In this document: in pieces, positions 1-9,291 of the stretch
How positions within the stretch are numbered: the stretch's first letter is position 1
How the letters are laid out: each line of letters opens with the position of its first letter
DNA from: Halorussus marinus
Lineage (GTDB): Archaea; Halobacteriota; Halobacteria; Halobacteriales; Haladaptataceae
NCBI RefSeq assembly: GCF_004765795.1
Contig: NZ_SBIV01000001.1
Location: forward strand, 372,001 to 436,000
Direction: 5' to 3'
Length of the DNA: 64,000 nucleotides
Position numbers and translations under genes: made by a program
The notes under the pieces: generated by a model
Database searches by the model: none
Told to the model about the DNA's origin: nothing
The model's input: the letters and a program-made list of their open reading frames with translations, nothing else

Positions 1-60
1 GACGCCGACGAGTCGGCCTCGTGGTCCGAGCGGAACGCCGTCGCTCCGGCCGACGACTGA
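1..60 (+). CDS. 3' end of an upstream gene (partial): ...DADESASWSERNAVAPADD*
   Basis: Open acidic frame from base 1 ending in TGA at 58-60; the 'ADD*' ending is common in haloarchaeal proteins. Confidence 0.6.
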   Translation, partial: DADESASWSERNAVAPADD

Positions 61-194
61 GGCGTCGGTCCGGGCGACGCCGCCGGGCGCCGAGTCGATT
101 TCTGTGGCGATTTTCTTCGTCTCGTCGTCCCTGATCGGCCGCCGGGGGTTCCGGGACCCGGACGTTTAGGATGTGTCGGGACAACTACTCGCAC

Positions 195-1349
195 ATGCTG
201 GCACTCCGAGGCGGGACAGTCGTAGACGCGGGCGGCACTCGAAAAGCGGACGTCGCCGTCGAGGACGGCGAGATCGCGGCGGTCGGGGACGTGCCCGACG
301 CCGACGAGGAGATCGACGCGACCGGACAGTTCGTCGCGCCCGGACTCGTCGACGCCCACGTCCACCTCACCCTCGACGGCCGGCCGGATCCGGGGTCGGC
401 GCGCGGGGCCTCCGAAGCGACGCTCGCCTACCGGGCCGCCAACAACCTCGAGAGCGCGCTCGACGGCGGCGTGACGACGGTTCGAGACCTCGGGGCGGCG
501 GCGTCGGTCGCGCTCGACGCCGCCGACGCCGTCGAGTCGGGCGTGCTCGACGGGCCCCGGGTCCTCGCCTGCGGCCAGAGCGTGGTGATGACCGGCGGCC
601 ACGGCCACTGGCACGCCCGCGAGGCCGACGGCGTCGCCGAGGTACAGAAGGCGACTCGCGAGCAACTCAAGCGGGGTGCGGACGTCGTGAAGACGATGGC
701 GACCGGCGGGGTCCTCACCGAGGGCGCGCTGACGGGCGCCCCGGAACTCACCGAGGAGGAGCTGTCGGCGCTCGTCGAGACGGCCGCGGCCAAGCGCGTG
801 CCGACGGCGGCCCACGCTCACGGCGCGGCGGGCATCAAGAACGCGACCCGGGCGGGTATCACCAGCGTCGAACACGGCACCTTCATGGACCGGGAAGCGG
901 CCGAGCTGATGGCCGATCGGGGCACCTACTGGGTCCCGACCGCGAAGGCGCTCCACGGCATCGTCGACGCCGGGACCGAAGCCGGGATCCCCGAGTTCGC
1001 GGTTCGGAAGGCCGAAGAAGCGGCCGAGGCGTTCGACGAGGCGTTCGACCACGCGATCGAGGCGGGCGTCCCGATCGCCATGGGAACCGACGCCGGCACG
1101 CCGTTCAACCACCTCGCCGACGCCCCGGAGGAGTTGGCGTTGATGGTCGACCACGGCCTCTCGCCGGCGGCGGCTCTGGAGGCGGCGACGGTCAACGCCG
1201 CCGACCTGCTGGGTCTCGACGGCGAGGTCGGGCGGGTAATCGAAGGCTACCGGGCGGACCTCCTGATTCTCGACGGGGACCCGCTCGACGACGCGACCGC
1301 GTGGCAATCGCCAGCACGCGTCGTGGCCGATGGCACCGTTGTCCGGTGA
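195..1349 (+). CDS. Metal-dependent amidohydrolase (Xaa-Pro dipeptidase-like TIM barrel)
   Basis: PGLVDAHVH (HxH), VKTMATGG, AAHAHG, SVEHG and MGTDAG motifs; ATG at 195 preferred. Confidence 0.9.
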   Translation: MLALRGGTVVDAGGTRKADVAVEDGEIAAVGDVPDADEEIDATGQFVAPGLVDAHVHLTLDGRPDPGSARGASEATLAYRAANNLESALDGGVTTVRDLGAAASVALDAADAVESGVLDGPRVLACGQSVVMTGGHGHWHAREADGVAEVQKATREQLKRGADVVKTMATGGVLTEGALTGAPELTEEELSALVETAAAKRVPTAAHAHGAAGIKNATRAGITSVEHGTFMDREAAELMADRGTYWVPTAKALHGIVDAGTEAGIPEFAVRKAEEAAEAFDEAFDHAIEAGVPIAMGTDAGTPFNHLADAPEELALMVDHGLSPAAALEAATVNAADLLGLDGEVGRVIEGYRADLLILDGDPLDDATAWQSPARVVADGTVVR

Positions 1350-1400
1350 CAGCCCCACGTCAAAAGGTCTTTTATACCGGGCAATGGAGGAATAACGTGC

Positions 1401-2576
1401 ATGAGACGGCTGCTGGCTGTCGGCCTCGTAGTCGTGTTACTCGTCGGAGCGGTGCCCGCGGCGGCGTTCGCGGGCGGGCCGTCCGCAAGCTCGCCGACCG
1501 CCGAGCCACAGCGGCTCGGCGTCGGCGACGACTTCGACGACGTCACGTTCCACATCACGGTGTACGGCAACGGCACCGCCAAGTGGACGTTCACCTACCA
1601 GCAGACGCTCAACGAGACCGAAAAAGACGAGTTCGAGGCGTTCGCCGAGGAGTTCAACAACAACTCGACCGCACTCTACGACGGCTTCCGAGGGCAGGCC
1701 AAGGACCTCGCGAGCGCCGGCCAGAACCGGACGAACCGGACGATGGACGCCGAGCGCTTCTCGAAAGAGGCCCGCGTCGGCGGGATCGTCAACGAGAATC
1801 GAGGGATCGTCCAGATGTCGTTCCACTGGACCTCCTTCGCGGTCGCCGACGGCGCTGACGTGGTCATCGGAGACGTGTTTCAGGACGGGCTGTATCTGGG
1901 TCCGAACCAGTCGCTGGTCGTCCACGCGGGCCCCGAACTCCGGTTCACCGCTGTCGATCCGAACGCCACCGTCTCTGACGGCACGCTGGCCCAGTCCGAA
2001 TCGGTGACCTGGGAGGGCCGACGCGACTTCAACGACGAGCGCCCGCGCGTTCGATTCGAGCCGGTCCCCGTGACTACGACGGCCGCCGAGACGACCCGCT
2101 CTGGCGGCGTGGCCGGCCCGAACGCGACGACCACCGCCGTCGCCCAACAGCCCGGGGAAACCGGATTGCCGCTGGCGCTGTTCGTCGCGGCCGTCGTCGT
2201 CCTGCTCGGGCTCGCGGCGGCGTTCGCGTGGCGACAGGGCGATTTCGGCTCGTTCGTGGACCGCGGCGACGACCCCGGCGGGACAGCCGGCTCGGCCGCC
2301 GCCAATCCCGACTCGGGCTCGCCCGCCCCGTCGGTCAGCGACGAGGAACTGCTGACCGACGAGGCCCGGGTCAAGAAGCTGTTAGACGAGAACGGGGGCC
2401 GGATGAAACAGGTCAACATCGTCGACGAGACCGGGTGGTCGAAATCGAAGGTGAGCATGCTACTCTCCGAGATGGAGGAAGACGGCGAGATCAGCAAGCT
2501 CCGGGTCGGTCGCGAGAACATCATCAGCCTCGAAGGCCACGAGCCCGACGCGGCCGGCTCGCCGCTCGAAGAGTGA
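1401..2576 (+). CDS. Membrane-anchored protein: signal peptide, extracellular domain, TM helix, C-terminal winged-HTH
   Basis: N-terminal hydrophobic signal, Thr-rich linker, TM LPLALFVAAVVVLLGLAAAFAW, C-terminal GGRMKQVNIVDETGWSKSKVSMLLSEMEEDG. Confidence 0.8.
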   Translation: MRRLLAVGLVVVLLVGAVPAAAFAGGPSASSPTAEPQRLGVGDDFDDVTFHITVYGNGTAKWTFTYQQTLNETEKDEFEAFAEEFNNNSTALYDGFRGQAKDLASAGQNRTNRTMDAERFSKEARVGGIVNENRGIVQMSFHWTSFAVADGADVVIGDVFQDGLYLGPNQSLVVHAGPELRFTAVDPNATVSDGTLAQSESVTWEGRRDFNDERPRVRFEPVPVTTTAAETTRSGGVAGPNATTTAVAQQPGETGLPLALFVAAVVVLLGLAAAFAWRQGDFGSFVDRGDDPGGTAGSAAANPDSGSPAPSVSDEELLTDEARVKKLLDENGGRMKQVNIVDETGWSKSKVSMLLSEMEEDGEISKLRVGRENIISLEGHEPDAAGSPLEE

Positions 2577-2700
2577 CCCTCGGGTCTGTTTTCTGAGTAA
2601 TGCCGGCGTGCGTTTGTATACCGACCGTTACCGTCGGGAATTCCCAGTCGTGAACTGTTCACGCCGGGCCGGATCCGTGTGGAACCGGGACACGGCGGCA

Positions 2701-2720
2701 CGAAAACGCAACTGTTAAAC
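2701..2720 (+). promoter_or_regulatory. Probable BRE/TATA promoter of tRNA-Glu
   Basis: CGAAAA followed by GTTAAA about 40 nt upstream of the mature tRNA. Confidence 0.5.
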
Positions 2721-2758
2721 GGTCCGTCCGACTACGATTGAGTGCAGAGGCGACGCAC

Positions 2759-2833
2759 GCTCCGTTGGTGTAGTCCGGCCAATCATCTTGCCCTCTCACG
2801 GCAAGGACCAGGGTTCAAATCCCTGACGGAGCA
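2759..2833 (+). tRNA. tRNA-Glu (anticodon CUC), intronless, CCA not encoded
   Basis: Acceptor stem GCTCCGT/ACGGAGC, anticodon arm TTGCC-CTCTCAC-GGCAA, T-arm GGTTCAAATCC. Confidence 0.96.
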
Positions 2834-3069
2834 CTCCTTCCTGCCGCCGTTCGACCTTCTAACAGTGCGTATTTCACCACCTATGTGTGATCGAAGACAG
2901 CCATCCGAGAATCGCACACAATCCGAGTCGTCTCTACTCGTTTAGACGCAGTAGCGCGGCCCGCCTCTCGGATCTGAAGCGGAGAGAGAGAAACGACGTT
3001 CCGGATCTCCCGTACCACTGACGATACCCCGAGAGTCGCGTCGTCTCCCTTCGTCTATCCCTCGAATAC

Positions 3070-4028
3070 CAGTAGTTGAAAACGCGATTTCTTTATTCAG
3101 TGTGAGAGATGAAACAGCCGGTCAGTACAGCTCAAAGACTGAATGCCCCGTGCCACCGAGAGACGGCTTACGCCGGCGTCCCGATGGCCTCTTAGATGTC
3201 CGGCTGCTCGACATTCGATTCCCAGAAGTAGTCTCGTAAGTATCGGTCGTCCATCGCACTACGCCCGGTCAATCGCGCGACTCGACAGACAGAAGCCCAG
3301 AGTAGCTGTTGAACGATCTTCGGCGCGATAGTAATCCGTGTTTCCTCCTTGACGTACTCGGCCAGCAACAGCCCTTGGACGAAATCAGGTTCTCCGTATC
3401 CGTCGTCAGTACCGAAGTATCCCTCGTGGTCGAGCCCCGCAGTCATGTATTGGGTGTCGATCGTCTTCTTCCACGGTACTTCTACCTCGAATGCCACAAA
3501 ATCGTCGGTATCGTTCTGAAAGTAGTGTGGGTCTCCCGGTTCGACGGTGAGTTCTTCACCGGTAGCGAGGTGTCGAGGGCTGTCATCAACGACGACAGTC
3601 AGTTCGCCTTTGACCGATCGAAAGACCTCTGTGCTCTCCATATGTACGTGGGCCGGCAGTGTCGTGGCCTCCGGACTCAACCAGACGAGCATGGCGGGAG
3701 TCTCTTTCTCGCTTGCTTCTGGGTACCGCAGTATCGTCGACCACATTCCCATACCCGGACTTGATGCGAGTGCATGAGGAGACTCTGAAAACAGTTCTAT
3801 AGCCCGTCCTTCCGGGTCAATTTCGAGAGCGGGCCCTTCGGTCGGCCCACCGGTGTCATCGAGTGGCCGGCCTGTAGTCTGAGATACCATACTGTTATTT
3901 ATAATCCTATTCACATGTGTCTGGCGGAAAGACTCTCCCTTCTCCTGACTTCGCATTCTCACGTACCGATTCAGCCGCCTCATTTTCAGCGCCTGCTCTG
4001 AATAAAGAAATTGCGCTAATAACTACTG
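3070..4028. mobile_element. Non-autonomous TIR-bounded cassette (MITE/mobile-insertion-cassette-like) carrying a cupin gene
   Basis: 31-bp imperfect terminal inverted repeats (26/31 identical) at 3070-3100 and 3998-4028 starting CAGTAGTT; ATAC direct repeat at 3066-3069 and 4029-4032; lower GC than flanks; no transposase. Confidence 0.75.
3192..3890 (-). CDS. Cupin-domain protein
   Basis: Cupin motif 1 PAHVHMESTEVFRSVKGEL and motif 2 GEELTVEPGDPHYFQN; ATG at 3890. Confidence 0.85.
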   Translation of the reverse strand: MVSQTTGRPLDDTGGPTEGPALEIDPEGRAIELFSESPHALASSPGMGMWSTILRYPEASEKETPAMLVWLSPEATTLPAHVHMESTEVFRSVKGELTVVVDDSPRHLATGEELTVEPGDPHYFQNDTDDFVAFEVEVPWKKTIDTQYMTAGLDHEGYFGTDDGYGEPDFVQGLLLAEYVKEETRITIAPKIVQQLLWASVCRVARLTGRSAMDDRYLRDYFWESNVEQPDI

Positions 4029-4274
4029 ATACGGGCGGGGTTTTCGCGCCGAAACGAAACCTATCGGGGAATATGCGAACCACGGTGCTCCGTGGGTATT
4101 CGAGGCGCCACCTACTTGTGCCCGCGTATTTTATCCGTTTTAGAAGATAGCTGTACAGTGAGAGACCAACTCGCGCGCCGAATTACCGAACGGTAAGCCG
4201 CCCCTCGAAGAATCGCCCGGAGCGCCAACAGTAATCGAACACTGACTTCGGAGACCGTCCGACCGACTCGACTC

Positions 4275-5627
4275 ATGGATCTGAACGCTCTCAAAGGGGT
4301 GGTAGAGCGCACTCGCGACGGCCAACTCGGGCTACCGGAGGTCGTAGCCATGGGCGTCGGCGGGATGGTCTCGGGAGGCATCTACGCCGCCCTCGGTGTC
4401 GCGATGCAACAGGCCGGCAACGCCGTCGCGCTCTCGTATCTGATCGCGGGAATCATCACGTTGCTCACCGCGTACTCGTATCTCAAACTGACCTTCCACT
4501 TCGAGGAACACGCCGGGGCGTTCACGTTCGTCGAACACGTCGTCGACAGCCCGACGATCGCCGCGTACACCGGGTGGGTGTTAGTCGTCGGCTACGTCGG
4601 CGTCATGGCGATGTACGCATTCGCGTTCGGCGCGTACGCCCTCACCGCCGCGCGGGCCGTCGTCGGGATCGAACTACCGCGAGTCCTCCGCCCCGTCGTT
4701 TCGGTCGGGATCGTCGGCCTCTTCGTGGGATTGAATCTCTCGGGCGTCCGCGAAACCGGCCTGTTCGAGGACGTCGCGGTCTACCTCAAGATCGTAATCC
4801 TGCTCTCGCTCGCCGCGCTCGGAATCGCCTTCTTCCGGGGCGATCCCACTGCAGTCGACTTCTTCGACGAGGGGTATCTGAGCCCGATCACCGGATTCGC
4901 GATCATCTTCGTCTCCTACGAGGGGTTCCAGTTGCTGATCTACGAGTACGAAGAAATCCGGAACGTCGAGCGGACCCTCCCGATCGGGATGTATCTCGCC
5001 ATCCTGATCGCGATCGCGATCTACGTCGCGGTGTCGTTCATGGCGACCCTCCAACTGAGGCCCGAACAGCTCGTCGCACACGAGGAGACCGCGCTCGCGG
5101 CGGCCGTCTCGAACATCCCGCTCCTCGGGACTGCCGGGTTCGCGCTCGTGATCCTGTCCGCGATGAAAAGCACGTCGTCGGGGATCAACGCGACGCTCTT
5201 TGGCGCCTCGCGGCTCGCTCACGAGATCGCGACCGAGGGTGCGATCCCGCGACTCTTCTCGTTTCGGAACCGGGAGGGCATCCCCGTCTACTCGCTTGTC
5301 CTCATGGGAGGGCTGACCGCCGCCTTCGCCGCGCTCGGGACGCTCAAGCAGATCACCGAGTTCGGGTCGGTCGCGTTCTTGCTCGCCGACGCGGTGACCA
5401 ATTTCGTGAACCTCCGGCTCGCGGACGAGACGGGATCGAATCGCCTGTTCCCCGCGCTCGGTCTCGTCGGGACGACCGCGGCGATTCCGATCGTCCTCTA
5501 TCACCTCTATCGGACCGACGTCGAGATCCTGTTCGGAATCGCGGGCATCTTTCTCACGCTCTTTTTGTTCGAGGCGCTCTACATCGAGCGCAGTCCGTTC
5601 GAGCCCGATGTCGACGACGAGCGATGA
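4275..5627 (+). CDS. APC-family amino acid permease
   Basis: About 12 TM helices; GVGGMVSGGIY TM1 motif and SYEGF TM6 motif. Confidence 0.9.
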   Translation: MDLNALKGVVERTRDGQLGLPEVVAMGVGGMVSGGIYAALGVAMQQAGNAVALSYLIAGIITLLTAYSYLKLTFHFEEHAGAFTFVEHVVDSPTIAAYTGWVLVVGYVGVMAMYAFAFGAYALTAARAVVGIELPRVLRPVVSVGIVGLFVGLNLSGVRETGLFEDVAVYLKIVILLSLAALGIAFFRGDPTAVDFFDEGYLSPITGFAIIFVSYEGFQLLIYEYEEIRNVERTLPIGMYLAILIAIAIYVAVSFMATLQLRPEQLVAHEETALAAAVSNIPLLGTAGFALVILSAMKSTSSGINATLFGASRLAHEIATEGAIPRLFSFRNREGIPVYSLVLMGGLTAAFAALGTLKQITEFGSVAFLLADAVTNFVNLRLADETGSNRLFPALGLVGTTAAIPIVLYHLYRTDVEILFGIAGIFLTLFLFEALYIERSPFEPDVDDER

Positions 5628-5713
5628 CGCCGACGCTCGTCGAGGCCCGCACCCACTCCGCGATCACCGCTCGACGTTGGCCGCCGTGTCGGACCCGGCG
5701 ACACCGCCCGCGG

Positions 5714-6340
5714 TCAGTCGCCGGTCTCACACTCGAAGGGGTCGACTCGCGGGTACGACTGGCGCTGGCCCGTCGAGTTGCGCGCGACGAGTCGGACGAC
5801 CGCGCCCGAGCGACCGTCCGCCCGCGTTTCGGTGCGCTCGTCGTAGTAGAGCACCGTGAGGTCGAGACAGTCCCGGAGGAGCTCGTTGGCCCCGTACCGG
5901 TAGCGGTCGCCGCTCGATCCCGACCGGAGGTCCTCGGACGACCGGAGGTGGTGCTGGACGAACAGCGCGCCGCCCGGGGCGAGCGCGGCCTTGATGTCGG
6001 GAAACCGGTCGACCGCACGATAGAAGCTGATCGCGATGACGTCGTAAGTCGACTCCGGAAACGCGTAGGTCGGCACGTCGGCTCGAATCCACTCGGTCCG
6101 GTCGGCGACGCCGCGGTCGATCGCGTTCTGACGGGCAATCTGCAGTCCCTCGCGGGACCTGTCGATGCCGTCGACCCGATAGCCCGCCTCGGCGAGAAAC
6201 ACCGCGTTGCGGCCCGTCCCGGTCGCCACGTCGAGCGCGCGGCCGTCGGGAAACGAGTCGACGTACCTGCAAAGCACCGGCGACGGATCGGGATTTCGGG
6301 GGTAGTCGCCGTCCCGGAACCGCTCGTCCCAACTCGGCAT
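5714..6340 (-). CDS. Class I SAM-dependent methyltransferase (TehB-like)
   Basis: RALDVATGTGRNAVFLA motif I; start MPSWDERF preceded by an SD-like GGGTGA. Confidence 0.88.
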   Translation of the reverse strand: MPSWDERFRDGDYPRNPDPSPVLCRYVDSFPDGRALDVATGTGRNAVFLAEAGYRVDGIDRSREGLQIARQNAIDRGVADRTEWIRADVPTYAFPESTYDVIAISFYRAVDRFPDIKAALAPGGALFVQHHLRSSEDLRSGSSGDRYRYGANELLRDCLDLTVLYYDERTETRADGRSGAVVRLVARNSTGQRQSYPRVDPFECETGD

Positions 6341-6347
6341 CGTTCGA

Positions 6348-6533
6348 TCACCCGCTCCGGGACGCTCCGGTCGGTCTCGCGGTGTCGGCGTCGGTCGGGC
6401 CCGGTTCGTCGAAGGCGAGCGTCGAGACCGGCTCACTGCCGATCGGGGCGGTTTGGCGCGGGGGACGGTGCGGTCTCGTCGCGATCTCGACGCTCGCCGA
6501 AACGGTCGCTGTCCCGGCTCGAATGGTGGCCAT
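6348..6533 (-). CDS. Possible 61-aa leader or small protein
   Basis: ATG about 26 nt downstream of TATA-like CTTAAA (6559-6564, minus strand); its stop lies inside the SD-like motif of the methyltransferase. Confidence 0.3.
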   Translation of the reverse strand: MATIRAGTATVSASVEIATRPHRPPRQTAPIGSEPVSTLAFDEPGPTDADTARPTGASRSG

Positions 6534-6657
6534 CGGCTCGGGCTACGGCCGCCGGTCGTTTAAGCGTCACCGTGAACGCGACCGGCGGGCGGTCCAGCGG
6601 TCGCGAGGTGTCGGTGCGCCGTCCCGTCGGCGCTCCTCGACTATCGACCGTGGCTCC

Positions 6658-7761
6658 TCACTGCTCGGCGTCGACTTCCCGGGCGATGACGAAAAACCGC
6701 GCGTCGCCGTCGAGGTCGACTCGCACGAGGTGGACCTCGACCGGGAACGTCGATCCGTCGCGTCGGCGGTATCTCCCCCGAAGCGTTCGCATCTCGCCGG
6801 GCGCCATCTCGGCCCACAGTTCGCGGGCGGTCTCGGGGTCGATCGCCTCGTCGACCTCCCAGACGCGCTTTCCGATCAGTTCGGACTCCGTGTATCCGAG
6901 CGCATCGCACAGCCGGCGGTTGGCGTCGATCAGTTCGCCGTCGGCGTCGTGGATGTCGATCAGGTCCGGCGACTGCTCGAAGAGCACGTCGAGTTTGGCG
7001 GCCTTCGCTCGGAGCTCGGCCTCGCGCTCTTTCTGGTCGGAGATGTCGCGGATCACACACACCCGACCGCCGTCGCCGAGGTCGGCCAGCGACAGCAGTT
7101 TCGGGTAGACGCTGTCGTCGACGCGCTTGCCGACCGACTCGCTCGACCAGCTCTCGGCTTCCAGCGTGGGAAAGACGTCCTCTCTGAGCCGCTCGGCCTC
7201 GTCCTCGGGAACCGTCTTCACCCACGGCTCGCCGATCAGCTCGGCGGGCTCGACGCCGTAGAGGTCGGCGTACGCCCGGTTCATCTCGGCGTACCGGCCG
7301 TCCGGGCCGACGATCGCGATCCCCTCGTTGGCGGCCTCGATCGCGTCGGTCCAGAGTTCGGCCCGGCGCTCGGCGCGGCGCCGCCGGACGGCGTTTCGGA
7401 TGCGGTTGGCGAGCAGTTCGTAGCGGTCGGCGCCGGACTTCTTCTTGAGGTAGTCGGTGACGCCCTTCGAGATCGCCTCGCTGGCGACCGCCTCCGATCC
7501 CTTCCCCGTAAAGAGGATGAACGGGAGATTCGGTCGCTCGGTTCGAACGTTCTCGAGGAACTCGATGCCGTTCTGTCCGGGCATATCGTAGTCCGAGACG
7601 ACGCAGTCGAACTCCCCGTCGGCGAGGTGCTCGAGACCCTCGGTCACGTCGGTCGCCGTCTCGACCGAGAACCGGTCGTCGATGCGTTCGAGATACGTGG
7701 CCGCGAGATCGGCGAACTGCGCGTCGTCTTCGACGTGAAGCACCCGGATCGGGGTGTCCAT
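6658..7761 (-). CDS. Response-regulator receiver plus two PAS domains, no output domain
   Basis: VLHVEDD, VVSDYDMP, FTGKG and DYLKK receiver motifs, then two PAS/PAC-like segments. Confidence 0.88.
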   Translation of the reverse strand: MDTPIRVLHVEDDAQFADLAATYLERIDDRFSVETATDVTEGLEHLADGEFDCVVSDYDMPGQNGIEFLENVRTERPNLPFILFTGKGSEAVASEAISKGVTDYLKKKSGADRYELLANRIRNAVRRRRAERRAELWTDAIEAANEGIAIVGPDGRYAEMNRAYADLYGVEPAELIGEPWVKTVPEDEAERLREDVFPTLEAESWSSESVGKRVDDSVYPKLLSLADLGDGGRVCVIRDISDQKEREAELRAKAAKLDVLFEQSPDLIDIHDADGELIDANRRLCDALGYTESELIGKRVWEVDEAIDPETARELWAEMAPGEMRTLRGRYRRRDGSTFPVEVHLVRVDLDGDARFFVIAREVDAEQ

Positions 7762-7802
7762 ACCGAGTGGTGGGACCGCGAGGTGAAATAACCTCCTTAA
7801 TA

Positions 7803-9143
7803 TTACGAGTACAAATTATTGAAATCATACTTGAACGGTCTCGGTACCATCGGCGAGACGGCTCGAGACGACTCGACGCCCGAGACGTCCCCGGTCTCGC
7901 GGATCACGACCACCGCCACCTCCCGGTCGGTGTTCGCTTCGATCCGGTCGCCGAGCGCCATCGCCGACCCGCCCGACCCGCCGACCGTCCGGACCGTCAC
8001 CGTCTCGGGGTGTCGGAAGAAGAGTTCGGTCCGGTAGGACACCTCGACCGAGAGGACGCGGGCGTCGGTCTCCGACGCCAGATCCGTGACCGACCGCTCG
8101 AACTCGGCGTTCTCGGCGACGTTGACCGACGTGACGACGAGCGCCGACGAGAGCACCACCACGACCGCGAGCAACACCGCCGCCCGGCGGACGACGGCCC
8201 GCCGGGCGGTCCCCTCGGCGTGCCACTGCTCGGGGCGATACCCTTGCAACCAGAGGGTGGCGAGGCTCGCGACGTTGATCGAGAGGACGTTGATCAGCAC
8301 CAGCAGTCCGGCGCTCACCGCGGCGGTCAGATCGCCGTAGGCGATCCCCAGCCCGACGGTGGCCGCCGGCGGGATGAGCGCGACCGCGATGGCGACCCCG
8401 ACGAGCGCGACGCTCGTGGCGGCGGTCAGCGACATCGCGCCCGCAACCCCGGCGCCGACCGCGACCACGAGCGCGAGCGCGCCGGGGTTGACACGCTCGG
8501 CGACCTGCCCGATGACCTGGAGGTCGGCGTGGGGAACCAGCGTCGCCCGGAGGAGCCCGGCGAACACCGCCGCGCTGGCGACCGCGATCAGCAGGCCGGC
8601 GAACTGGGCTTTGACGCTCGTTCGGAACAGGTCGGCGTCGTCGAGGATGCTCCCGACGCTCGCGGCGATCGGCGGCCCGATCAGCGGGGCGATCACCATC
8701 GATCCGACGACGACCGCGGCGCTGTCCATCAACAGCCCCGCGGTCGCGATGATCGTGCTCACCACGGTGAACACGACGTAGTTGGTCGTCACCGGCGCGA
8801 CCGCCGCCGCCCGGGCCCGGAGCTCCTCGCGAGCGATCCGGCCGTTGGTCTCCTCGATGTCGCTCTCGTCGGCCGCGTTCGCACGATTCCGGCGCTCGAA
8901 GCGCTCGGAGACGACGGTTTCGAGTTCGCTCACCGTGACGTAGCCGTCCCGGTGGACGCCGAGCCCCCGGAGGTCGTCGACCAGCGACTCGACGTTCTCC
9001 GAGTCGGTCGGGACGAACGCGAGCGCCGCGTAGTCCCGTCCCGACGTCTCGTCGGTGAGGAAGTACTCGACCCCCGCGTCCGACAGCGTCCGCTCGACGG
9101 CGTCGCGCTCGCCGAGGGGCACGGCGATCTGGAGCAGTCGCAT
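7803..9143 (-). CDS. TIGR00341/DUF389-family membrane protein
   Basis: DSAAVVVGSMVIAPLIGP and GVAIAVALIPPA motifs; start MRLLQIAV at 9143. Confidence 0.85.
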   Translation of the reverse strand: MRLLQIAVPLGERDAVERTLSDAGVEYFLTDETSGRDYAALAFVPTDSENVESLVDDLRGLGVHRDGYVTVSELETVVSERFERRNRANAADESDIEETNGRIAREELRARAAAVAPVTTNYVVFTVVSTIIATAGLLMDSAAVVVGSMVIAPLIGPPIAASVGSILDDADLFRTSVKAQFAGLLIAVASAAVFAGLLRATLVPHADLQVIGQVAERVNPGALALVVAVGAGVAGAMSLTAATSVALVGVAIAVALIPPAATVGLGIAYGDLTAAVSAGLLVLINVLSINVASLATLWLQGYRPEQWHAEGTARRAVVRRAAVLLAVVVVLSSALVVTSVNVAENAEFERSVTDLASETDARVLSVEVSYRTELFFRHPETVTVRTVGGSGGSAMALGDRIEANTDREVAVVVIRETGDVSGVESSRAVSPMVPRPFKYDFNNLYS

Positions 9144-9291
9144 ACCACGGTCCACCCAGCCCGGTTCAAATAATCTTGTGAAGGGCCGGCCCCGAGCGCC
9201 GCCGGCGCGAGGGCCGTCCCCGACGACGAGGCCCCCGGGGACCGCACGACTCGACCACAGGGTTATCCGACTCCGCGGCGTATGCGGATAG

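Noticed and set aside
2759..4270. Integrative element or provirus at tRNA-Glu
   Set aside because: No integrase and no duplicated tRNA 3' end found; the lower-GC patch is largely explained by the TIR cassette
7803..7850. AT-rich C-terminal tail (FKYDFNNLYS) of the TIGR00341 protein as a sign of pseudogenisation
   Set aside because: The frame is intact; it simply runs into the promoter region of the next gene
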